From Vermamoeba vermiformis (lineage: Eukaryota): 64,000 bases of DNA. Location: positions 124,001 through 188,000 of the forward strand of contig JBEWZL010000267.1 in NCBI GenBank assembly GCA_045837725.1. Direction: 5' to 3'. Numbering within the stretch: position 1 is the stretch's first letter; every line of letters starts with the position of its first letter. The position numbers were made by a program, and so were the translations under genes. This document shows positions 1 through 11,411 of this stretch, one piece after another. The notes under the pieces are model-generated. The model saw only the letters and a program-made list of their open reading frames with translations, was not told the origin of the DNA and did not search any database.

Positions 1-1284
1 GGTCTCTTCCCTGCTACTGATTATAACATAGTTAACCTACCACTGCTCTTGCTACCTGAGAAAGCTGCTTTGGATCTTGTTGAACAAGCAGTGGGCAGAG
101 AAAAAACTGCCATTCCATTTGTCAAAACTCTTGCTAAGGCAATGGTAAATTTATCAAAGTAATGCAAATATCAAACATTAACATGTAATCATCACTAGGG
201 TGGGTTGCCCAAAGCTTTGAACGCACTTGTAGCACAACTCAAAAGATGGTCAGGAACTGAAATAGCATCACCTATCAATCAAATATGGTCTAAGACATGT
301 GAGGAATTAGCCAAGAGTTACCGTTTTCCAAACAACTTAGATTTGCTTGGTCGACTAACATCAATGGCTCTATTGGACAAAGAATTGATAGCTGATCAAA
401 AAATTGGAGATCATACTATCATTGAATTAGAAGAAGAAGGTAACTCTGTTTTTTAATTGTGTTGACATACTAATCTTTGACCAATTAGGCTATTTTTTTA
501 TTCGAGAAAAAACTATTGAAAAAAAGTGCAAGATATCAATCCCTTATGTCCTGCTGTCTCTTTGGAAAGGAAGTAACAACTCATTTGACTTTGGAGATGT
601 ATTTTCAAGAAAGCAGTTTCCACCACTTTTGGACAGCAGTGATTTTAGAGAAATTTGCACTTTATTTTCAAGCCTGGAAATACTACGAAGAGAGCAAGCT
701 GGGCAATGCACTCACTTTTAAAGTACTGCACCATGGACAATGTCATACAAATGTTGAAAGAGTAACGTAAGAGTTCAGTTAATATGCAATTAAATGTGAT
801 ACTAATTCACTGCAGAGTATTGCCAACTGAAACAAACTTTGGTGTGGTCTTTTCAAAGCTTGATAATATAACTGATGAAAACTTAAGCAGTGGAGAGCTT
901 CCCCTTCTTAATGGTTCCATTAACCTCAAAGAACCCCCAGTTGCAGTTTGGTTTGGCCGAAATTGTGTTGGTTTAGATGCTATGTTACTATACAAGTCAG
1001 AAACACCTACTGCAATTTTATTAGAAGCAAAGCACACAATTCCAGGGCAACAAGCAAATGCAAAAGTGGAAAAGACTGAAATAGACAAAGAACGAGACGA
1101 CTTTGCCAAGCGAAGAGAGCAATTTGCAAAACATGGTAAAACAGCATACACAGCTTTTATTACAAACAAAGAGGTTGCTCTTCGAGCAGAACGGAAAAAA
1201 TATTTTGACATTTTTGTGGATCCTGAGAATTTCAGCATTTATTTTGGGCCAGCTTTTTCATTTTTGGTAGATGGTGGCCTATAA
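1..1284 (+). CDS. 5'-partial CR-effector-like protein: end of a STAND/AAA+-type NTPase followed by a PD-(D/E)xK nuclease-like domain; multi-exon
   Basis: Splicing GTAAAT..CACTAG (~145-198) gives AM-GGLPKAL (GxP-type motif). The last exon contains GLDAMLLY...ILLEAKH (D...ExK). Stop at 1284, AATAAA at ~1304. The frame between 573 and 648 needs either a 76-nt intron or a 1-nt frameshift. Confidence 0.65.
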
Positions 1285-1378
1285 TTACAAGTGGTTGTGT
1301 TTTAATAAAGAATAGATTAAGTTCATTGTACTTACAAAGGATTAAAGCCACCAATTACATAATGTACTACATTTATTG

Positions 1379-3312
1379 TTACAAATCAATCTTATTTGTT
1401 GTATAAGGAGCTGCACATGTAATATACAACACAGCTATGAGGCCACTTAAAAGATACAATGTATCAGACTTGTTAAGTTTGAGCACTGACCAGCTCCATG
1501 CCCAAGTTGAGAAAAGTTTACAACAAGCTGATATAAACATTGCATAAATTGCTATGAATATATGTTGCATAAGATTGTATGACAAAGAATGCCAAAAATG
1601 ACCAGATCTGACAGCATCCACTGTCAATTTCCAATCAATAATAGATACAACCAAACAAAACGTAATGAATAGCATTTGGTTCCTATTAGGATGCCTTTCT
1701 GTTACTAATCCAATCATAAATGCACCATAAATCAAACATCCAAGTTCTAGAAAGCCATGAAATCCCACTTCAATCATCCATTTGTAAAATATCAGTGCAA
1801 GCACTGAGACTATACTAACTCCAATATAATAATACCTCATTGCTCGTATTCGTCCAAGTCCATGCTGCATTTGCACATAATAAAGTACGGATGTTAGTGA
1901 CCAGACCATTACGGCAATGCACATGATTGCTGTGCATATCAAATTGATGTAGTATTTCGAGTAAGGTGATGCATTTGTCCATATGTCCTTAATTATACAC
2001 GGTGCAAATAGCAAATATATTAGTGCAAATAAAGTCCTGTCAATTGGCACGCCTGAAAAATAAGCGAAATTATTAGGTAAAAGAAGAATTGTTACTATAA
2101 AAGGAAATTATTTCATACATACCGCCAATGAAATTTCGATGCTCAATAAATCGGACATTTGCAGAATTTGAGAGATGAATGACTGATTGTTTGAAATTCG
2201 ACAAATCTTCGATGCACTCTATTTGTACTCCGTTGCCTATTTTGTCCGTCACTTCCTGCGGAAAAGCTGCACCATCAAACATTACGTATTGTAACGAAAC
2301 CGGATCGTAGCACATGTATTTTGAGTGCGCAATAAAAGCGTATGTTAATCTGCTCCGCACTACGTATCTAAAATAAAAAGTATATTAATTTATTTATAAT
2401 AATTTAAGTATTAACCGGATCTTCATTTCAGATCCAATCTTGGATTCGATTTCCTTGTGACTTACTTATATAGATATGCCGAACCATTAGGAGGCTCAAA
2501 TGCGTCATTGAACACTTGCGCAATCTGTTGCACGCTTTTCATGTCTACATCAAGCAATTTTTTGCCGCGTTTTTCAACGTACTGCCGATCTTGCATGTAC
2601 CATTGAGGATTATAATACTTCTCCTATCAATTATGGTCATTAATATTTATTACATTGCTATACAACTATGTATAACCTCTTACGTCGTACGTAAGCCACC
2701 GAAGGCTCGATCTATCAATATTGTGGTGTGGAGTGCAGTTGTTCAGATCGGCGAACAACTCTTCTATATTTACTCGTAAAGGCTTCCTGTAATAATAAAA
2801 TCGTATTAATACCCAATATCATATTGTGCTAGGTTTAATTCAGCGGGATCTAATTTTAAGGTTTGATCTACGTACTCTTTTTCGACGACTTGCTTGATAA
2901 CGCTATCTTTCTCAGCATGATGTCGCCAGTATTTACTGACTAAAGCACACGAATATATTGTTGTTAAGTCCGTATTGGTCATTATAGCCTCGATAATCTC
3001 CTACAAACCGATCGCGCAAAAAAAATTAGCGCAAGTTCCGCATAAGAAAATTAAATTAATATTTAATTGGACAAAAATGATCGAGTGCGTTTACAGCGTC
3101 GTGGATTTTATCAATAAAGCACAAATGAAATTACGAAATTAAATTTTTCAAATAATATTTGGATCAAGACTTACAGGAGGCAGAACCTGATCAATCACTG
3201 CTTCAGATGGATACACGAACGCTTTTCGTTGAAATATACGAAACGTTTTGCTGAACAGAGCCACGAGAAAATACGCAGCGATGCAAAGTATCATTGCCAA
3301 CGTCCACGCCAT
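1379..3312 (-). CDS. Membrane F-box protein, tandem copy 1 (N-terminal TM/signal + F-box + C-terminal multipass TM domain), 6 exons
   Basis: ATG 3312 MAWTLAMILCIAAYFLVALF. An intron joins QVLPP|EIIEAIMTNTDLTTIYSCALVSKYWR (F-box). Further GT-AG introns keep the frame into ORFs 2073-2360 and 1379-2050, which hold several hydrophobic helices. Confidence 0.8.
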
Positions 3313-3488
3313 TGTATTCGCTCTAGTGTGACGATGTAGCCTTTCTTAATTATAACGGCATTAGCTTTGTGGTAATGATTATTAAAAATGATAATTAGTG
3401 CAAAAAGGCCGGAAGAAAAATTACTAATTTGATTCACTGAAAATATTCTTTCGAAAGATCATATTGCCAGAAAAAGACATGTTTTACG

Positions 3489-5549
3489 TTACAAATATAT
3501 TTTACGAGTAGTATAAGGCGCAGCGCAAGTGATATACAACACGCTTATCAAACTGAACACCCACATCTTGACTGCTACTTCGTTAAAATGGACTGCCGCC
3601 CAACCTTTTGATAAATAGTTGCCAATAACTACTACAAACTGCCACCATAACGTGATGAATATATGGTGCATGAAATTGTATAAAAGTGATGGCCAAAAAT
3701 GACCGGATCTGACCGCATCCACGGTCAATTTCCAATCGACGATAGTTACGGCCAAACAAAACGCTATTAATAGCATTTGTTTTGCTTTAGGATGCTTTTC
3801 GAAGTTCATACCAATCGCTAACAGGCCATAAATCAAACATCCAAATTCGAGTACGATTTGGAATCCAAATTCGATCATCCATTTGTGAAGCAATATTGTC
3901 AAAATTAAAACTCCGATAACTCCGAAAGCGAATTTTCGCATAGCAGCTCGTTTTTGTGCTTGATCTTGAATAATTTGAATTCGAGATGAAATACCCACTG
4001 CGGATGCGATAATGAGTCCGAACAAGCCAACATAAGCACCTATGAGATTGATATAGTACTTTGTATTGTCAGATGCGTTCCATAGGTCCTTAATAATGCA
4101 CGGCGCAAATAACAAGTACATGAGCACAAATAACGATCCGTCGATGGGCACACCTAAAATAGCAATTAATAACGTAATTAAACAATCAAAAAAAATTCAA
4201 ATAGCTATTACTATAAAAGGAAATGCATAGAGTTGTAAACTCGTACGTACCACCCAAAAAATTTCGCGTTTCAATTATCCGAACGTGAGAAGGGTTTGAT
4301 ATGCTGATTGAAGTGCCATTAACAAAACGAGCTAATTCTTCGACAATCTCCACTTGCGCGCGGTGCGTCAACTTATCGGTAATATGCTGCGGCAACTTAT
4401 GGAGAAAAATGAACTCATCCGTCTTCTGATCGCGGAAAATGTAAGTGTTGTTTTCTGACAAATAACTGAACGTCAGTCGAGTACGTACAACGTACCTAAA
4501 TAATCAAAGTTAGTGAGGCACCACTAACGCCGTTACAAAAAACGCGAAATTTCGCGCTCGTTACAAAAAACGAATCTCCTACGACTTGATGATAGTATTC
4601 GTAGATAATATTAAATAGATGGACTAAAAATAACATATATTGATGTAGCAATTTGCATTAAATGGAATAATCGTAAAAAACAGGAAAATTTACATTTGGT
4701 GAGGGAAGGCAGCCTTTCCGATCAGCTCCACAATGGTCACGCTAGCACCAATGAACTTACTCATGCATAATCTCACTGCGTCTAACACCAGCAATAGCCT
4801 TCAATACCTCCATAAGCTTCAAGAGGGAGCTAAACTCTACGTCGATAAATTTTTTGGCGGTCTTTTCAACGTAGATCCGATCTTGTGCGTGCCATTGATG
4901 CTTATAATGCTTTTCCTATTATATAAATACTATTAATTAATATCCGTTTATGCTTAGTCCTACGTACGTCATACGTCAGATACACAATGTCTGAAGGTTG
5001 AATTTTATCGTAAAGATGGGAGCGACTGATGTCAGTAAAAAGCTCTTTTGTACTGACTCTAATAGGCCTATATAATTATTATATATTAGTCGCTATTAGT
5101 AAACTGCCTGATGGATCCACGTACCTGTGAAGAGCTTCGTTCAGAACGTTTTCGTTCTCAGCGTGTTGTCGCCAGTATTTACTGACTAAAGCACACGAAT
5201 ATAATGTATTGAGGTCCGTATTAGTCAGAATAGTCTCGATAATCTCCTACAAAACCAGATCGCGCAAAAAAAATTAGTTCAGTATCGCAGCAAAATTTAA
5301 AATAAATATTTAATAACAAATAGATCAACTGTGTTTAAACTGTCGTGGGTTTTATCGAATAAATCATTAATGAAATTAAATTTTTCAAATAATATTTGGA
5401 TCAAGACTTACAGGAGGTAGAACCTGATCAATCTCTGCTTCAGATGGATACACGAACGCCCTTCGTTGAAATATACGAAACGTTTTGCTGAATAGAGCCA
5501 CGATAAAATACGCAGCGATGCAAAGTAGCATTGCCAACGTCCACGCCAT
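3489..5549 (-). CDS. Membrane F-box protein, tandem copy 2
   Basis: Exon 1 is near-identical to copy 1 (MAWTLAMLLCIAAYFIVALF...QVLPP), intron positions are the same, and the C-terminal motifs DWKLTVDAVRSGHFW and VLYITCAAPYTT are shared. Confidence 0.8.
4509..4572. repeat. Intronic hairpin plus 14-bp direct repeats flanking a perfect 14-bp palindrome
   Basis: GTTAGTG-aggcac-CACTAAC (4509-4528); CGTTACAAAAAACG at 4531-4544 and 4559-4572; CGCGAAATTTCGCG at 4543-4556. Confidence 0.8.
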
Positions 5550-6294
5550 TACTACTTCACTGTAACTCAAGATCTAGTAACGTGCTACTGTTGAACAAAA
5601 TACTGGGACTCTTTTAGAAACAAGGCGCCATTTTGGCCGATTATTTGGAGGCAAAACCGAATTTTCTGAAACAGTTCTATTTGCTCCTACTTTAAGGGAC
5701 GTATCGAGTTCAACGATTAACTCCTCGTTTGGAGTTAAGTGATTGATAAGAAATTATTTCCCATCTTCGGTCGTGAGGTTTCTTCGGCGTTATTGGATCC
5801 AAATGAAAAAGTAGCCTCCAAAAATGATCGATAGAACATTCGATCGAATGGCAGACCAAGCAAACTAATACATCAAGATGATCATCTTCATATTCAGATA
5901 TTACCCAGTAGAGGCAGTGGATCCAGATTTAAACATGACTCGAGCTTTTGGCCTTCTTAAATGAACAAGCAGCAGTTAGAAATGCTTCAACAAGCTTTAT
6001 CGCCGCAAATATGGATTAAAATAATCGAATTTACTGCTAGTTTGCTAAGTGCTTACCCCTCAAAGCAATTTTAAATCCGAACATTAGCGCTACTCGTCGC
6101 TTCACGTGACTTAATATCATAAATAGCAAAGATATATTTCTTGCTGTTGTGCTGTATGAGCGGCATCTCGTGGCCCGTATGTTATTCCAACAAATCTGCG
6201 CGAAATCTGAAAATAAAAAACGAAAATAAATATCAAAAAGCCTTTCAATTTCATTTCAAAATAATACCTTAAACCACTACATACCACTTCAATA

Positions 6295-6642
6295 ATGAAC
6301 AGATTTTTCAGTCGCGAAGGCTTCAGGATCGTTCAATTCGGCACTTTTGTCGGTGGAACTGTATTAGCTGCGGTCTATTTGCCCTTATTCTACAACAAGT
6401 ATCTTAAAGGTGATATTCCTGCAGGAGCCAGCACGGAGATACGCATTCCGACCACCGCGATCGAAACAGTGAAAGATCAGATGAAGAGGCAGTCTGGCGA
6501 CCCAGCGGACAATAAGAAAATGAAACATTACGCAGAAATTGGTAATGCAAATGAAGATAAGGTCGCTGGATGGGAACACAAGCCCGAAGTTCACCACCTC
6601 AGGGCAAACAAGCAAGATTTGCTCAAGGAGGCAAGATCCTAA
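6295..6642 (+). CDS. Small single-TM protein of unknown function, possibly mitochondrial
   Basis: Intronless 115-aa ORF with a basic N-terminus (MNRFFSREGFR) followed by one hydrophobic helix; AATAAA downstream. Confidence 0.6.
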   Translation: MNRFFSREGFRIVQFGTFVGGTVLAAVYLPLFYNKYLKGDIPAGASTEIRIPTTAIETVKDQMKRQSGDPADNKKMKHYAEIGNANEDKVAGWEHKPEVHHLRANKQDLLKEARS

Positions 6643-7035
6643 GAAAATTAGTTATTATGATTTAATGCCTTTGAATTTTTATACGCACATATGTAAATAA
6701 AGAAAGTTAAACTAGAATTCGTCTCGGCACCCGATCTTTATGATTTTAGTTACGCTGTACGTACTCAAAGCCCATTTTTAGCTAAACGAATTGATTAGCA
6801 GCTGTCACCTTTCTACTCAAACAAACATCAAGATATAATTGATGTGTTTTTCGTGTCAATACGTGCTCTTCAGTTCAAATAAACGCTCGTTTTGGAATTA
6901 ATGGCAGCACAGGCCGAAAAAATAAACAACGCCGTTTTTCAAGTCGTAGACTACTCAAGCACACCACTCCTCATTATTGTAATACTATAATACGTCTCAT
7001 GATCGTTTAGAAGCTGTTTTCGCAAGCAAATCCAG

Positions 7036-10000
7036 ATGGAAAGACAAAACACAACGACGGGATTAAAAAGGGCGCTCACAAAACAAGAAATTCTACTCGG
7101 TGTGAAGATAGACGATATTCAAAATAATATGGCGACCACAAACCAGGTCAAGACCGCCCGCGGGAACGACCCTGTAAACGCAACTAATTCGCCTGATCCC
7201 AAATCTAATAAGAAAGACGATAAAAAAGAGGATAAAAAACGACGTGAAGAGGAGGAGAAGAAGAAAAAAGAGGAAGAAAAGAAAAAGAAGGAGGAAGAGA
7301 AAAAGAAAAAAGAAGAAGAGATCAAAAAGAAAAAAGAGGAGAAAGATGCGCGTAAAAGAGACAAAAAAATAGGGAAAAAACGTAATAAGCAAGATTCTGA
7401 TTATTCAGAGCGATCCAGTGAAGATACATTAGACAGTAGTGTTGTGGACGATGATGATTTTGACGAGGAACAAGAGTGGTCAGATTTGCTAAATTTTAAT
7501 CCAAATTTCGAAGGTGCGTAAATTGATTCTATAGGCAATTTATACCCCTGCAAATTATTTTCTATATTAATAATTAATTTATACCTATCTTGAATATTCA
7601 TTTTTTTAACCTTAAATTGCAACATTAACAAATCAATATCTTCATTTAAATAGAGGATAACGATCAAGAATGGGGCGAGCAAGCTAAAGCCGAGTCATTC
7701 GAAGAGTTCAATACATATACTGAAGAACCCGAACAATATGCCGTTCCCGTTTCGGCGTTGATCTACGATCCTTTTCAATCCGTAAGTCTTTAAAGACCGA
7801 ATCTTTCAATTTTTCATTTATTATAAGTACAATATCCGCCTATTTGGCGAGCATTCTAACGGACCCCATATTTTGTTTCGTGAAATTTTTGACGTGCAAC
7901 GTTCCGATCCTGCCGACAAACGTGAAACGAAATCTGTATTAAATGGCTTTGTATTATAGAGGGAGACTATGGAAGAGGTCGAGACCCAGGGCCCTATTTC
8001 AGAAATGCCTGAAACAATTCTAATACTAATAATGTCACACTTGGAGTTCGACGAGATCTTACGCATGTCGCGTCTCAACAAAATGTTTAATAGATACACG
8101 AAGAATAAGACACTATGGGAACTCGTTTATAACGCGTACGACCAACGACATTACGGTAAGTTCACCTCTCGTGGGAGATTTTTTGTGGACATGACATACG
8201 TCAAAAACAATCTCGTGCGGGATCCTGCGGCTAAAAATGCCCCGATTTCTTTTTGAAAATAACAATTCAGATTCAAAATGGTCATAATAACTTCTTAATA
8301 CCATTTACATTACATAAATTTTTATTATTGCAGTTACAGTTTTTCGAAACAGGACCGGACTGATTTTTTTTTGTTTCTAAAAATAGGCGCAGACGTGAAT
8401 ATATGGCAAGAATTAGGCGATGCCCTTCGCGAACAAGTTTTAGGAATTAAAAATCAACAACCACCAGCATTAATTCCGTCGTTGAATTCGTCGCCGGATC
8501 TTCACGCGAGTCCAAAACAAGCTACTGGCGTACCGACACCACAAAGCCTGAAGACCTTGCCTTCACAGCAATCACATGGCCTTGCCGCTGGTGCTAAGAA
8601 ATCACTGTCGCCGACGAACGGACCCTCTGACCACCCGAAGCCAGGCGTGCCAAAATCGGTGTCGCAACGTGTTTTGCCGACCCCGGCCAACGCTAAAGAA
8701 GCACAGCCCGCCACGCTCATCCACAGCAACAGCGACAGCAACCTGCCTCCCGCTAAGAAAGACGACAACGGCAAGGTCAGCTTGCTGCCTAACACGGGTG
8801 CCACGCCGAGTATTCAACAGACTTCGCTGAACAAATTAGTCGCTGCTGTCACGCCGTTTGAAAATTTGCCCGATATCATGGACCAACAGACCTTTATCAC
8901 GACATATCAAACGTTTACGACCAACGCGATGGTCGTTCGAAAGTTGATCCAACGGTTCCAAGTCCCGGCCCTCGAAGATGTTATTAAGACTGAAGATGAA
9001 AACAAATTTTATCAGCGACAAATCGTGCGGCCAATCAAATTGCGCGTAACGAAGCTGTTGAAGTTGATTATCGACACGGCCGTATCGGAGTTTACGCCCG
9101 AGACTATCATGAGCTTGAAGATATTTATTTATGGCATTGCCGATTCTGATTTTGCGAAAATTTTGGCCAAGTCTTTGGATAAAGGAGTAAGTAGCCAAGA
9201 TCTAAATTTTAAAAAATTTGAATTACAAAAATTGATTACAAATTATTGCCTACCAAATACGAGACAATGTCGCTATGTATGAATAATATTAACGAATATT
9301 TATAGCGCGAAGCTGCACGACAGACAGCATCGATGGATTCAGGATCAGATGGCGCAAGCATGAGCGGTGATGTAAGTGCTTCAAGCCTATTTACCTATTA
9401 TCTTAATTTTTCGAGCACATTTAATGTATTCTATACACATTGTACAATATATTGACTAAGGTCTAATTTTGAACAAACCAACCAAATTTTTGTAACGGAT
9501 GCGTTATTTACAAAAATCAACTGAATGGCAAAATGACTAGTATAATTAAGTGGCGTATATTAATTGCAAATATTATTCTATAGAATGTTCCGATCAAGAA
9601 GGGCATGAGCACAGATCAATTGTACGATGTTTCTTCGGACGAAATTGCGCGCCAATTAACACTACTAGAATTTGAGACATATAGTTCCATTAAAGTACGT
9701 ATACATATACTTATAATCATATTAGAATGACATAATAGATCAAATGAATAGCAAATCCAGATCGTAACTTCAAAATTCGAAATAATTTTGCTCTTCGACC
9801 GACGACAAATTAGTTTGCGTGCGTTTGTTGTGTCTATGAAGAGCTAAATTAATATCGAGTATATATCATATTTACTATAATACTATCGATTTCTCGGTTG
9901 AAAGAATAATTTTCGACCTGCAAACATTGCGCCTATTTTCTAACGTTCTATATTTAGCCAGCGGAATTTTTCGGTCAAGCCTGGGCTAAGCCCAAGACCT

Positions 10001-10944
10001 ACCATCGCGCACCACATATCCGCGCCATGATCGATCGCTTCAACATGATCACGCGATGGATCAGTACGCTGATCGTGACTGAAGAAAAGATCCGAAACCG
10101 CGTTAAACGATTCGTCAAGTTTATTAAAGTCGCGGAGAGCCTCCGACAAATGCACAATTATCACACGTTAATGGCTGTTTTGTCGGGACTCAACGACGGA
10201 CCCGTTTACCGATTGAAATTTACGAAAGAAGAAATTCCTCCAAAATACCAACAAGTAAGTAGTTTAATACAGAATTATAGTCCAAAGTATAGTATATATA
10301 TGGTATATTAATATTCAATTGAATAATAGCAATTATTTGTCAATGACAAGTTGACACGTGTCACCATAAATGACACACTAAATTAACCCAATATCGTACA
10401 CAATATTAATAGCGATCGTCATAATTATACAACAGTATATGTATACGTTAATAGCATTATATAGGAATAAGTCTTATTGATTATGAACTAATTAAAATCT
10501 TTTGAATAGTCGTTCCAAGATCTGCAAGATCTAATGAAAGCTGATTTCTCGTACAAATCTTATCGTGAAGAACTGGCTCACGCACAAGCCCCGTGTATTC
10601 CTTATATGTAAGTCTTTCTCTTATTAGGAAACGATACCGCTGGCGTTTACTGATTATTTTTCGTTTCAATGAACAGCGGAATTTATCTGCGAGATTTGAC
10701 GTATTTTGAAGAAGGAGGCAATAGCGCGCAAATAGACCCTAGTCTCATCAACTTTAAGAAGAACAAAAATGTCTACAGCGTGATCCAGATCATTCAAAGA
10801 AACCAACTTACGCCGTATCCGTTCAAGAAAAACGAAAAGGTCTATAATTACCTCAGGACATTGAATGGGCTTGATTCAGAAGGTCTTTCGCGCGTTTCAA
10901 TGCTTCGTGAACCGCGAAATGCTAAGCGAAGCGAAATTGCCTAA
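7036..10944 (+). CDS. F-box-containing Ras guanine nucleotide exchange factor (K/E-rich N-terminus, F-box, REM, CDC25 domain); multi-exon
   Basis: F-box ISEMPETILILIMSHLEFDEILRMSRLNK; REM SLNKLV...TFITTYQTFTT; CDC25 motifs EIARQLTLLEFE, IDRFN...WI, MHNYHTLMAVLSGL...VYRLKFT, PCIPY, YLRDLTYFEEG, LINFKK, SMLREPR. Confidence 0.9.
7208..7345 (+). repeat. Low-complexity purine-rich coding repeat (poly K/E)
   Basis: Encodes KKDDKKEDKKRREEEEKKKKEEEKKKKEEEKKKKEEE. Confidence 0.85.
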
Positions 10945-11411
10945 TTTGGAACTTTGGCATGCGCTACATCCGCGTTCGACGACGCAGTTTTGGCTGAAAT
11001 CAGCTTTGTATAGTATATATCGACCATATAGTACCCCAAAGAGCTAGTTTAACCCCTCGCCCGTTCAAGCCTGCCCTACATCCACCTACATCCGCCTTAC
11101 AACTTTTCAAACACTTATTTAACAACAGTTTTGCCAACAACACTCAACATCTCACCAAAAGTTGTAATGCTACGCCCAAATTGATAGTAATTGTAAATAA
11201 AACCCTTTGGTTAATTCAAAAACTAGATCGCAATCAAATTACGGAACTTTCGAACTAGAGGATCTGGTACATTCCGTTATCTAAATATGTTACATAGCGC
11301 ACCTATTATAGTAATACCTAATGCAGAAATTAATTGCGAGATAATTTGCAGAACGGTAATCCAAAGTCGTAGAAATCAGTTTGTTACAAAATACCTGCTG
11401 AAGCCAACAAA

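Noticed and set aside
5600-6200. Coding-like fragments between the F-box pair and the 6295 gene
   Set aside because: Short frames with stops and no recognisable motif.
7093-7392. Phe/Leu/Ser-rich minus-strand ORFs that look like membrane proteins
   Set aside because: Antisense shadows of the K/E-rich repeat in the RasGEF gene.
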